Origin: Myxococcota bacterium
GTDB lineage: Bacteria; Myxococcota_A; UBA9042; PHBI01; JAWLBL01
Length of the DNA: 64,000 nt
Direction of reading: 5' to 3'
Assembly: GCA_041687695.1 (NCBI GenBank)
Contig: JAWLBL010000011.1
Coordinates: forward strand, 183,155-247,154
The notes beneath the pieces were generated by a model that was not told where the DNA came from, searched no databases, and saw only the letters and a list, made by a program, of their open reading frames with translations. Both the position numbers and the translations under genes were made by a program. This document shows positions 18,907 to 29,643 of this stretch, piece after piece (the first letter of the stretch is position 1; each line of letters starts with the position of its first letter).

Positions 18907-20378
18907 GGCGCGGGCTGGCGTGGGCCGCGGCGGTGACGGTCGCGCTCCATGGGGCCCTGTCCGCCGCCCCGGCGTCCGCCCAGCCCGAGGGCGATCGTCC
19001 CGACGAGGACGAGCTGTTCGGCGGGTCGGACGACGACACCGACGACGCGCCGAGCCAGGCGCCCCAGAGGCCGTCGACCGGCGACGCCGAGGCCGACCGC
19101 GAGCGCGACCTCTTCGGCGGCGATGACGACGGGGACGCGCGCCCGGGGACCGGCATCGACGAGTCGCTGCTGGTCGACCCGCTGACCATCGGGGGCCAGG
19201 TCTACCTGCGCTTTGTGACGCAGGTGCAAGACGGGCGCGCGCTGACCGACTCGGTCTTCTCGATGCCCAACCTGCTCGACCTGTACCTCGACGCGCGCCC
19301 CGACCCGCGCGTGCGCGCCTTCGTCAACGGCCGGCTGGTGTTCGACCCGACCGTGGACGAGGGCGACGTCGACCTGGTCGGCCAGCCCATCGCCCAGTCG
19401 CGGGTCCTGCTGGACCAGATGTGGGTCAAGACCGACATCGCGCGGCGCGTGTTCCTGACGGTGGGGCAGGAGCGCATCAAGTGGGGCGCGGCGCGCCTGT
19501 GGAACCCGACCGATTTCCTGAACGCGACCCGCCGCGACCCGCTGACCTTCTTCGACGAGCGCACCGGCGTGCCGATGCTGAAGGTCCACGTGCCGTTCGA
19601 GGAGCTGGGCTGGAACGCCTACGGCTTCGCGCTTTTCGACGGCGCCGACACGCTGGGGCAGGTCGGCGGCGCGGGGCGGCTCGAGATGGTCTTCGGCACC
19701 GCCGAGGTCAGCCTGAGCGCGGTGGCCGGCGACCAGCGGCGCGGGGCCATCGGGGCGGACGTGTCGGCCGGCGTGGGCGAGCTGGACGTCTACGCCGAGG
19801 TGGCGCTGACCCACGAGCGCGGCCGCAAGCGGTGGTCGGGCGACTTCTCCCTGAGCCCGCTGACCCTGCCCGCCGAGCGGACGCTGGACGACTGGTTCGT
19901 GCAGGCGAGCGGCGGTTTCAGCTGGTCGTTCAAGCCCAACGAACAGGACTTCATGGCCCTGGGCGCCGAGTACTTCTTCAACCCGCTCGGCTACGAAGAC
20001 GCCGACCTGTACCCGTGGCTCATCCTCAACGGCGCCTTCGAGCCCTTCTACCTGGGCCGACACTACGCGGCGGTCTTCCTGCTGGTCCCGTCGCCCGGCG
20101 ACTGGAACGACGTCACCTTCACGACCTCGACCCTGGGCAACCTGTCGGACCGCACCTTCGTCACGCGCGTGGACGCGGCCATCCAGGTGCACAACCGCCT
20201 GCGGGTGGAGGCCTACGCCCAGGTGCACTACGGGCGCGCGGGCGGCGAGCTGCGCTTCGAGCTGGAGATCCCCGACCTGGGCCCCCTCCGCGAGCAGCCC
20301 GACGTGACGCTGCCGCCGCCGGGGCGCATCCCGCCGCCGCTGATGAACCTGGGCCTGAACCTGCGCGTCGCCATCTGA
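18903..20378 (+). CDS. Putative outer-membrane beta-barrel protein
   Basis: Signal peptide, acidic N-terminus, GQERIKWG...WNPTDFLN and amphipathic strands. Last gene of the ABC/LolA-like operon. Confidence 0.7.
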   Translation: MRRGLAWAAAVTVALHGALSAAPASAQPEGDRPDEDELFGGSDDDTDDAPSQAPQRPSTGDAEADRERDLFGGDDDGDARPGTGIDESLLVDPLTIGGQVYLRFVTQVQDGRALTDSVFSMPNLLDLYLDARPDPRVRAFVNGRLVFDPTVDEGDVDLVGQPIAQSRVLLDQMWVKTDIARRVFLTVGQERIKWGAARLWNPTDFLNATRRDPLTFFDERTGVPMLKVHVPFEELGWNAYGFALFDGADTLGQVGGAGRLEMVFGTAEVSLSAVAGDQRRGAIGADVSAGVGELDVYAEVALTHERGRKRWSGDFSLSPLTLPAERTLDDWFVQASGGFSWSFKPNEQDFMALGAEYFFNPLGYEDADLYPWLILNGAFEPFYLGRHYAAVFLLVPSPGDWNDVTFTTSTLGNLSDRTFVTRVDAAIQVHNRLRVEAYAQVHYGRAGGELRFELEIPDLGPLREQPDVTLPPPGRIPPPLMNLGLNLRVAI

Positions 20379-20397
20379 CGCCCGGGCCCGGGGACGG

Positions 20398-21636
20398 TCA
20401 GGGCCCGGCGTGATCCCAGCCGGGGTCGTCGCCCGCGAAGGCGTGGATCCAGGCGCGGCCGCTGATGGGCGCGCCCGTGGCGCTGGGCGCGGTGGTCCAG
20501 GCCTTGTCGGTCAGCACGTGATCGAGGCCGTCGGCCAGGAAGAAGCGCTGGTTGCTCGCCGCGGCCAGCTTCTGTTGGTCGAGCGCCTGCTGGACACCGT
20601 CGACCGGCAGGCCGAAGTACCCGGCGATGACCGCGTCCTGCCGGAACGAGACCACGCCGACGCGGCTGGGGGCCGGCAGCGCGTCGGCCAGGAACGGGAG
20701 CACCTGGGACAGGCCGTCCTCGCAGTCGTCGCAGCCCGCGGGCCACTCGGGCGCCCACACCTTCACCGCGCCGGCGAAGCGGTCCCAGGCCATGTCGATG
20801 GGCAGGCCGCCGTCGCTCAGCACGTCCACGCGGACGCCCGGCCCGAAGGCGGCCTGAAAGCGCGTGGCGTTGAACAGGGCGCCATAGCCGCCAGCGCTGA
20901 GGCCGAAGAGCACGACCCGCGTGGCGTCGGGGAAGCTGGTGGCCAGGCGGTCCGCGAAGGCCTGCATGTTCAGCGCGCCGACGTGGTGGAGATCGCGCGT
21001 TTGGCCGAGCGCTTCATAGGTCTGCACGCGCGTGCCGAGGTGCAGGTCGCCCGTGCAGTAGGGCAGGAAGGCCTGGTGGGCGTCGCGCAGCGGGTTGTCG
21101 ACGTCGTCGCGGTCCATCAGGACGCGCTTGGAGTGGGCGGCGGCCTGGGCGACGATCGCGGCCTCGCCCAGGGTGTCCTCGACGTAGGCGGCGGTCTTCA
21201 GGCCGTAGCAGGCGCCGACCTCCCAGCAGGCCCCGCCGCCCTGCACCAGGACCACCAGGGTGCTGGCGTCGGGGCTCGCGCGCAGGGCCAGGCCGGTGTC
21301 CGAGCCGTTGCCGCACCGCGCGCCCTCGACGGGCAGCCAGGTCCAGCTGGCGGAGGGCGTGTCAGCGTCGTCGGTCACGTCATCGGCCGACGCGCCGTCT
21401 TCGGCGACGTCCGCGGCGACGTCCGGCGCTTCGCCGACGTCCATGGTGTCGCCGGCGGCGTCATCGGCCGGGGCGCTGGTGTCGTCCTGGACCTCTACGT
21501 CGGCCTCGTCGAGCGCGGTGTCGACGTCGACGTCGGGCGCGGCGTCGGAGATCACGTCCGCGGGGGCGGCCGGACCGGCGGCGTTGGGGCCGCAGGCGGC
21601 CAGGGCGATGAGGAGGAGGGGCGAGGTGAGGCGCAT
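20398..21636 (-). CDS. Pectin-acetylesterase/Notum-family lipoprotein
   Basis: Lipobox LAAC, CGNGSDTG, QGGGACW, PYCTGDLH and GLSAGG motifs. Confidence 0.85.
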   Translation of the reverse strand: MRLTSPLLLIALAACGPNAAGPAAPADVISDAAPDVDVDTALDEADVEVQDDTSAPADDAAGDTMDVGEAPDVAADVAEDGASADDVTDDADTPSASWTWLPVEGARCGNGSDTGLALRASPDASTLVVLVQGGGACWEVGACYGLKTAAYVEDTLGEAAIVAQAAAHSKRVLMDRDDVDNPLRDAHQAFLPYCTGDLHLGTRVQTYEALGQTRDLHHVGALNMQAFADRLATSFPDATRVVLFGLSAGGYGALFNATRFQAAFGPGVRVDVLSDGGLPIDMAWDRFAGAVKVWAPEWPAGCDDCEDGLSQVLPFLADALPAPSRVGVVSFRQDAVIAGYFGLPVDGVQQALDQQKLAAASNQRFFLADGLDHVLTDKAWTTAPSATGAPISGRAWIHAFAGDDPGWDHAGP

Positions 21637-21690
21637 GGGGGGGCTCGGTCGTCGATCCGTGAAGCGACGCACCATCATCGCTGGCTCCGC

Positions 21691-23658
21691 TCAGTAATAG
21701 AAGAGCGCGAGGAGCTGCGCGTCGGCGGCCTCGCCGCGCAGGCGCGCCTCGAGGCTGAGGCCCAGGTGCTCGGTGACCAGCCAGCGCAGCGTCGCGTCGA
21801 CCGCGACCGGGTCGGGGCCGGCCTGCCAGGGCGACAGCAGCCAATCGGCCGTCACCAGCGCGACGAGCGGGTCGGACAGGCGCACACGCAGGCCGCCCCA
21901 CGGCCCGGCGCTGAGGCGGACCGGGCCGTCCCAGGCGCCCGGGACCGTAGGCCCGCCCAGCACGCGCGTGTCGGCGCCGGCGAAGACCACGACGCGGTCG
22001 TCCAGCCAGCCCAGGGCGGCTCCGGCGGCCATGCGCAGCTGCCCCGCGAGGGCGCCGGGGCGGCCCAGGTCCTCGAGCGTGGTCACGCCGGCGTCCAGGC
22101 GCCAGCTGACCTTGTGCTCGATGCGGCGCAGGGGCGCCAGGGTGGTGACGCGGACCACGCTGGAGGCCAGGGCGAGGTCGTCCCAGGACGGCGCCGGGTC
22201 GTGGGTCAGGCGCAGGCGGGTCGGGAAGAACTCGAGGCTGGCCAGCTCGGGGTAGCCGCGGGGCGCGTCGGCGAGGTCGTGCATCGCCGGGCGCCAGTCC
22301 AGGGTCTGCACGACGCCGCCGGCGCGCGTGAGGCCCATGCCGAAGCCGAAGCGGGCCGAGCCGTGGGCGAGGTGCGGGCCCGACAGCGCGGTGGCCGACA
22401 GATCCAGCGCGGGGCTGGTGACGCCCAGGGCGGCGCGGCGGGCGAGCAGCGCGTGCTTCTTGTCGGCGCCGACGCCCTCGCCGCGCAGCAGCTCGTCGGC
22501 GTGGCGCAGGTCGATGAGGTCGGCGGCGGCGTCCATGGCGGCGACCAGCTCGGCCTGGGGGAGGGCGGGCGAGGCGGCGCGCGGGTCGTCGGCCAGGGCG
22601 TGGGCCGCGTCGAGCTGGGCGTCGGTGAGCTGGGCGACGCGGCGGACCAGCTGCGTGCGCAGCGAGGCGCGGTAGCGGACGGCGCGCACCAGGCCGGGAT
22701 GCTCCATCAGGCGCTTGACCGTGTCGGCCGGGATGACGTGGACGCCGAAGCCGTCGGTCAGCGGCAGGTGGGGCAGGGCGGCCTCGAGGGCGGCGAGGAT
22801 GTGGTACGAGCAGTTCTCGTCCAGGTAGTAGTAGTCGAAGTGGGTCTGGCCCAGCTCCCAGAGGTGGGCGAGCAGCTGGCGGAGCTGGGCCGGGCTCAGG
22901 GCCAGCTCGTAGTCCCACAGGTCGCGCGACTCGTGGTCGTTGTACTCGCGGACCTTGTAGTAGTACGGGACGCGCTTGAAGGTGCCGGGGAACTGGCCGG
23001 TCAGCCCCTTGAAGGCGTAGAGCGCGGCGTTGGTGGTGTCGACGTCGGCCGAGAAGTCGATGCCGAAGTCCAGCAGCTCGCGGCGCTCGCCGGCGAGGCG
23101 GGCGTCGTCGCGGTGCAGGCGCAGGAAGGTGTGGCCGAAGGCCGAGGCGGGCGCGCCCAGGTAGTAGCTGGAGAAGACCAGGCTGACGCCGCGCGGCGAC
23201 AGGTCGGCGGCGAAGCGCTCGAGGCCCGGGCAGCGGACGGCGGGCAGGCGGGCCGGGTCGATGGCCAGCTCGGTGGACAGCCAGGCCAGCCGCGCCGGGA
23301 AGCGGCACAGGGCGTGGGGGCTGGGCGGCGGACGGACCGCGTCGGGGGGAGGGGGCGGGAGCGCGGGCGCCGGGGCGAAGAAGGCGCGCAGCGTGGCGGC
23401 CAGCTCGGCGCCGGGGTCGGTCTTTCCGGTGGGCGCCAGGAAGAAGGCGGCGCCGTCGGCTTCGCTCTCGTAGCCGCCGAAGGTCGTCGGCCGCCAGTGG
23501 CCCAGGGTCAGCCACTGCCGTGAGTGGGCGAGGCCCCGCTGGTGGGCGGCGGCGACGAGCGCCTGGACCTGTGGCGGGTCCGCGGGGAGCGCCACCGGGC
23601 GCGGCGCCGAAGCGCACGCGCCCAGGGTGGCGATCAAGACGACGAGGGCTTGGCGCAA
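21691..23658 (-). CDS. DUF4105 (Lnb-like) domain lipoprotein
   Basis: SAFGHTFLR, ESRDLWDY and YYYLDENCSY motifs, lipobox LGAC, C-terminal beta-strand region. Confidence 0.85.
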   Translation of the reverse strand: MRQALVVLIATLGACASAPRPVALPADPPQVQALVAAAHQRGLAHSRQWLTLGHWRPTTFGGYESEADGAAFFLAPTGKTDPGAELAATLRAFFAPAPALPPPPPDAVRPPPSPHALCRFPARLAWLSTELAIDPARLPAVRCPGLERFAADLSPRGVSLVFSSYYLGAPASAFGHTFLRLHRDDARLAGERRELLDFGIDFSADVDTTNAALYAFKGLTGQFPGTFKRVPYYYKVREYNDHESRDLWDYELALSPAQLRQLLAHLWELGQTHFDYYYLDENCSYHILAALEAALPHLPLTDGFGVHVIPADTVKRLMEHPGLVRAVRYRASLRTQLVRRVAQLTDAQLDAAHALADDPRAASPALPQAELVAAMDAAADLIDLRHADELLRGEGVGADKKHALLARRAALGVTSPALDLSATALSGPHLAHGSARFGFGMGLTRAGGVVQTLDWRPAMHDLADAPRGYPELASLEFFPTRLRLTHDPAPSWDDLALASSVVRVTTLAPLRRIEHKVSWRLDAGVTTLEDLGRPGALAGQLRMAAGAALGWLDDRVVVFAGADTRVLGGPTVPGAWDGPVRLSAGPWGGLRVRLSDPLVALVTADWLLSPWQAGPDPVAVDATLRWLVTEHLGLSLEARLRGEAADAQLLALFYY

Positions 23659-23659
23659 C

Positions 23660-24151
23660 TCAGATGAGGTTGTCGCAGGCGAGGGTCGCGTCCTGGCCGA
23701 GCAGGTCGACGATCCGGTCGCTGACCTCGACGTCGCTGGTCTGCGCGGTCGGGAAGATGGTCGCGTAGTTGGCCTGCAGGCGCTGGCCGACGGCCGCCGG
23801 GTCGCTGCAGCCGGCGAGGCTCGACAGGTTGGCCAGGGTCTCGCCGTCGCCCTTGGCGATGTCCTTGGCCAGCGCCTGGCGGTTGGTCTGGATGAAGTTG
23901 CGGGCGCCGACCTGGCTCACGACGTTGCTGCCGCAGTTCGAGGTCCCGAAGGTGATGCCGAAGGTCTGGCTGAACAGGAAGCCGTTGGTGGTGGCCGCCA
24001 GGACCTGGACGATGCCCGGCGTCGAGCCGAAGATCATGGAGCCCAGGCCGCAGCCGGCGTCGCCGTAGGACCCGCGCTGGGCGGAGGCGGGTGCGGCGGT
24101 GAGGGTGACGAGCGCGAGGGCGAGGGCGGCGGTGGCGGCGATCTTCCGCAT
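23660..24151 (-). CDS. DUF3015 family protein
   Basis: AGCGLGSMIF, ATTNG, FGITFGTSNC and DIAKGDGETL motifs. Confidence 0.9.
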   Translation of the reverse strand: MRKIAATAALALALVTLTAAPASAQRGSYGDAGCGLGSMIFGSTPGIVQVLAATTNGFLFSQTFGITFGTSNCGSNVVSQVGARNFIQTNRQALAKDIAKGDGETLANLSSLAGCSDPAAVGQRLQANYATIFPTAQTSDVEVSDRIVDLLGQDATLACDNLI

Positions 24152-24313
24152 CGGGAGGCTCCTGGGTCTTCGTGGTAGGTGAGGGGGACGTCGCCTTGTT
24201 TACGGGCTTGCTGCGCTGCAAGGCAAGCGGGAGGGCGCGGCAGAGCGTCCGGTTCCAAGCCGCCTTCAGGCGCGGCTTGGTCGCGGGGCGGCCGGCGTGC
24301 TTCAATGCGGCCC

Positions 24314-24889
24314 ATGAAGACCTCTCTGTCTCGCAGGCCCTTCGCGCTCACGATCTCCGGCTGGGTCGGCGCGCTCGCCATCACCGCGGGCTGCGCCACC
24401 GGCGCCCCCACGCCGGCGCGGGCCGCCGAGAGAGCGCCCGTGGCCGCCGCGTCCGTCGCTCCGGCCGTGGTGGTCGCGCCGGCCGAGGAGGCGCCCGCCC
24501 CGCAGGCCTCGGAGCTGATCCTGCCCGCCCGCTGCCGCAAGGCCCCGCGTCCGGTCGAGCGCGCGCCCGAGGGTTTCCCCAGCGAGGTCAAGCTGCCGCC
24601 CAAGGTCCCCGGCGCGTGGCTGACGCGCCGCGAGACGCAGCGGCACGCCGACGGCCGGGTCGAGCCGGTCGCCGCCATCTACGAGCTGCGCGCGCAGCAG
24701 ATCGACACCAAGAAGGTGCGGCGCCACTTCGAGCGCACCCTGCGGCGCTGGACCGGCGGCTTCAGCGACACGGCCGAGGGGCCGGTCGGGCGCTTCCAGC
24801 GCGGCGACGTCTCGGTCGAGGTGCGGCTCGACGGCGCGGGCGGCCTGCGCCTGGTCGTCCGGGCGCTGCCGGTCTGCGCGGCCCGCTGA
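24314..24889 (+). CDS. Hypothetical lipoprotein
   Basis: Lipobox TAGC followed by Ala/Pro linker. Confidence 0.6.
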   Translation: MKTSLSRRPFALTISGWVGALAITAGCATGAPTPARAAERAPVAAASVAPAVVVAPAEEAPAPQASELILPARCRKAPRPVERAPEGFPSEVKLPPKVPGAWLTRRETQRHADGRVEPVAAIYELRAQQIDTKKVRRHFERTLRRWTGGFSDTAEGPVGRFQRGDVSVEVRLDGAGGLRLVVRALPVCAAR

Positions 24890-24931
24890 CCGGCGCCGGC
24901 CGAGGCCGCCGCAGCGGCCCCGACGCGGCGA

Positions 24932-25711
24932 TCAGAAGTTCTCGCTCTTGACCTTGGCGCCGACGTACTCGCGGTACAGGCGCTGGATCCACTTGACCGA
25001 GATCTCCTTGGGGCAGGCGGCCTCGCACTCGAGCGTGTTGGTGCAGGCGCCGAAGCCCTCGAGGTCCATCTGCGCCACCATGCGCGCGGCGCGGCGGCGG
25101 CGCTCGGGCTGGCCCTGGGGCAGCAGCGAGTAGTGGCCCACGCGCGCGCCGACGAACAGCATGGCCGCCGCGTTCTTGCAGGAGGCCACGCAGGCGCCGC
25201 AGCCGATGCAGGCGGCGGCGTCGAAGGCCTCGGCGGCCACGTCGCGCCCGATGGGCATCGCGTTGCCGTCGGGCGCGCTGCCGACGTTGGTCGAGTTGTA
25301 GCCGCCGGCGGCCTGGATGCGGTCGAAGGCGCTGCGGTCGACCACGAGGTCGCGGATGACCGGGAAGGCCTTGGCGCGCCACGGCTCGAGTGTCAGCGCG
25401 TCGCCCGACTTGAAGCGCCGCATGTGCAGCTGGCACACGGTCGTGCCGCGGTCGGGCCCGTGGGCCTGCCCGTCGATCATGAAGCCGCACGAGCCGCAGA
25501 TGCCCTCGCGGCAGTCGTGGTCGAAGGCGATGGGGTCGCGCCCCTCGCGGACGAGGTTCTCGTTCAAGGTGTCGAGCATCTCGAGGAACGAGATGTCGCT
25601 CGGCACCTGGCGGACCTCGTAGGTCTCGAATTGCCCAGGCTGGTTCGGGCCCGGCTGACGCCAGACGCGGAGCGTGAGATCGATGAGGGTCGACGTCTCG
25701 GAGGCTGCCAT
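24932..25711 (-). CDS. sdhB: Succinate dehydrogenase/fumarate reductase iron-sulfur subunit
   Basis: [20 protein letters not shown] and [12 protein letters not shown] motifs. Confidence 0.97.
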   Translation of the reverse strand: MAASETSTLIDLTLRVWRQPGPNQPGQFETYEVRQVPSDISFLEMLDTLNENLVREGRDPIAFDHDCREGICGSCGFMIDGQAHGPDRGTTVCQLHMRRFKSGDALTLEPWRAKAFPVIRDLVVDRSAFDRIQAAGGYNSTNVGSAPDGNAMPIGRDVAAEAFDAAACIGCGACVASCKNAAAMLFVGARVGHYSLLPQGQPERRRRAARMVAQMDLEGFGACTNTLECEAACPKEISVKWIQRLYREYVGAKVKSENF

Positions 25712-25721
25712 CCCTAGGTCC

Positions 25722-27635
<1,914 letters not shown>

Positions 27636-27647
27636 CGCCGGTGCTCC

Positions 27648-28307
27648 TCAGGAGGCCATGGATTTGATGAGCGCCCAGATCGGGAAGGACGCGAAGCCCA
27701 ACCCGAGGATGGCGGCCAGGACGAAGCCGCCCTGGCGGATGATCGGCGTGTACTTCTTGTGGGCGACGCCGAACGAGCGGAAGGCGCTGGAGATGCCGTG
27801 GAAGATGTGCCAGCCGATGAGCAGGCTGCCCACGAAGTACAGCGCCGCGTGGAAGGGCTGGGCGAGCAGGGTGCTGGTCTTGTCGGCCAGGTCCCCGCCG
27901 GCCGGCAGGCGCTGGAAGCGGTAGTCGTAGATGTGGACGATGATGAACAGCAGGGCCACGAGGCCGCTCAACATCATCATCTTCGAGGCCGCCGTGCGCC
28001 AACGGTCGTCGCGCTTGCTGCCGCTGACGGCGTAGCGCTGGCCACGGGCCTCGCTGTTGCCCTTGATCAGCCACGACACGAAGATGACGTGGACCAGGAA
28101 CGCCACGAGCAGCAGCACCTCGAGCACGGGCAGCAGCGCCAGCTCGTGCAGCTCCGACGCGTACTGGTTGTACGTGACCGGATCGAAGTAGATGAGCAGG
28201 TTCCCGAGCAGGTGGAGGACCAGGTACAGCACCAGGCCGAGGCCGGTGACCGCGACGACCACCTTCTTGCCAATCGTGGAGGTCAGGACTTCACGCAACC
28301 AGCTCAA
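27648..28307 (-). CDS. sdhC: Succinate dehydrogenase cytochrome b558 subunit (single 5-TM anchor)
   Basis: STIGKKVVVAVTG and HLLGNL, heme His residues, TTG start with AAGGAG RBS. Confidence 0.92.
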   Translation of the reverse strand: MSWLREVLTSTIGKKVVVAVTGLGLVLYLVLHLLGNLLIYFDPVTYNQYASELHELALLPVLEVLLLVAFLVHVIFVSWLIKGNSEARGQRYAVSGSKRDDRWRTAASKMMMLSGLVALLFIIVHIYDYRFQRLPAGGDLADKTSTLLAQPFHAALYFVGSLLIGWHIFHGISSAFRSFGVAHKKYTPIIRQGGFVLAAILGLGFASFPIWALIKSMAS

Positions 28308-28641
28308 CGTCCGTCTCCTTGCCGCCGTCGCGCGACGCCCGGGCCGCGCAGGCGGTCCAGCCACCGACGGGCGCTCACGCCCGCGGAGTCAGCCGGCCGC
28401 TCTGGCCGGCGCGATGCGTCGCCTGCGCCCGCTCAGCTAATGCAGAACGGCGCGGAAAACAAGCCTTTCATCCCCGGAAACACGCGATAACCAACGCGAC
28501 TGCGCGCGCGTCGCCGAGGCCCCTTCGCTGCGCCGCGACACGACCCGGCGCCGCCAGGAACAACCCGGCCGACGCCCAGGTTGTTCACGGTGGCCGCGCC
28601 CTCCGCCCCGCGCGCCCGAGCCGCCTCCCGAGGAGGACCCC

Positions 28642-29286
28642 GTGACCGGCCGCCTCTTCCTCGCCCTGCTGGCCACCCTCATCGCCGCCCTCGCCCTGTC
28701 GGGCGTCTTCGACGACGACCCCGGGCACGTGCGACAGGTGCTCACCCAGGCCGAGCCCACGACCCACCTGCACGTCCGGATGCAGGGCCGCGTCGAGCCC
28801 GACGACCTGCCCGCCTTCGTCGCCGAGCACGGCCTCGAGGACGCCTTCTGCCAGGCCGCGCGCACCGCCGCCACCGCCCCCAGCCCCAACGCCCTGCTGG
28901 TCCAGCTGCAGTATTGGTTCCGCGCCCTCGAGCCCCGCGACGCCGCCGACTGCCTGGGCCGCGCCATCCTCACCTACACCCGCGACACGGGCTTCATCCC
29001 CTCGGGCTACGACGCGCCCCACGCCGTGGCCGTCTGCCGCAACCTGACCGCCTGGAAGGAGCTCGACCGCGCGCTGCCCGCCGACACCCTGGCGAAGCTG
29101 CTCGGCTCCCTGCCCACCTACACCGACTGCGAGGGCCCCCTCGGCGCGCTGCTCGAGGGCTCCCCCCGCGCCCGCCACCTCGCCGCCCGCGCCATCCAGG
29201 CCCACCCCCGCCTCGCCCCCGAGCTGAACGTCCCCCCCGACGCGCTCCTGCCCCCGCCCGGCGACCCCGTCGGCGACGCCCGCTGA
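28642..29286 (+). CDS. Hypothetical exported/membrane-anchored protein
   Basis: AGGAGG RBS, N-terminal hydrophobic segment, four Cys. Confidence 0.65.
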   Translation: MTGRLFLALLATLIAALALSGVFDDDPGHVRQVLTQAEPTTHLHVRMQGRVEPDDLPAFVAEHGLEDAFCQAARTAATAPSPNALLVQLQYWFRALEPRDAADCLGRAILTYTRDTGFIPSGYDAPHAVAVCRNLTAWKELDRALPADTLAKLLGSLPTYTDCEGPLGALLEGSPRARHLAARAIQAHPRLAPELNVPPDALLPPPGDPVGDAR

Positions 29287-29643
29287 TCCCGCTCGCCGCT
29301 CGCGCCGGCGCCGCCCTGGGAAATCGCTGCCTTACGCGCTGACGGCGCCAGACCCGTGACGGCGGTCCCCCGCTCGCCTACGGTGACCCACGGCTCACCA
29401 AAGCACGCGAGCTCGCACGAGCGGTCCCCCTCCGGCCCGTCGCCAACCCCTGGCGTCGCGCCTCCGAGCGGACCCGTCGGCGGATGCGTCATCCGAAGCC
29501 CGGGCGCCTGCTGAAGGCCGCGCCGTTCGCTTCACCCGCGTGACCCCCCGCCGACGGACCCCTCGCGAGCTCCTCGGGTCCCGACCGCCGCACGGCGTCG
29601 GGGCGGCGCACCAGTTCGCCCGGAGCGGGCGGGGGAGGGTTCC

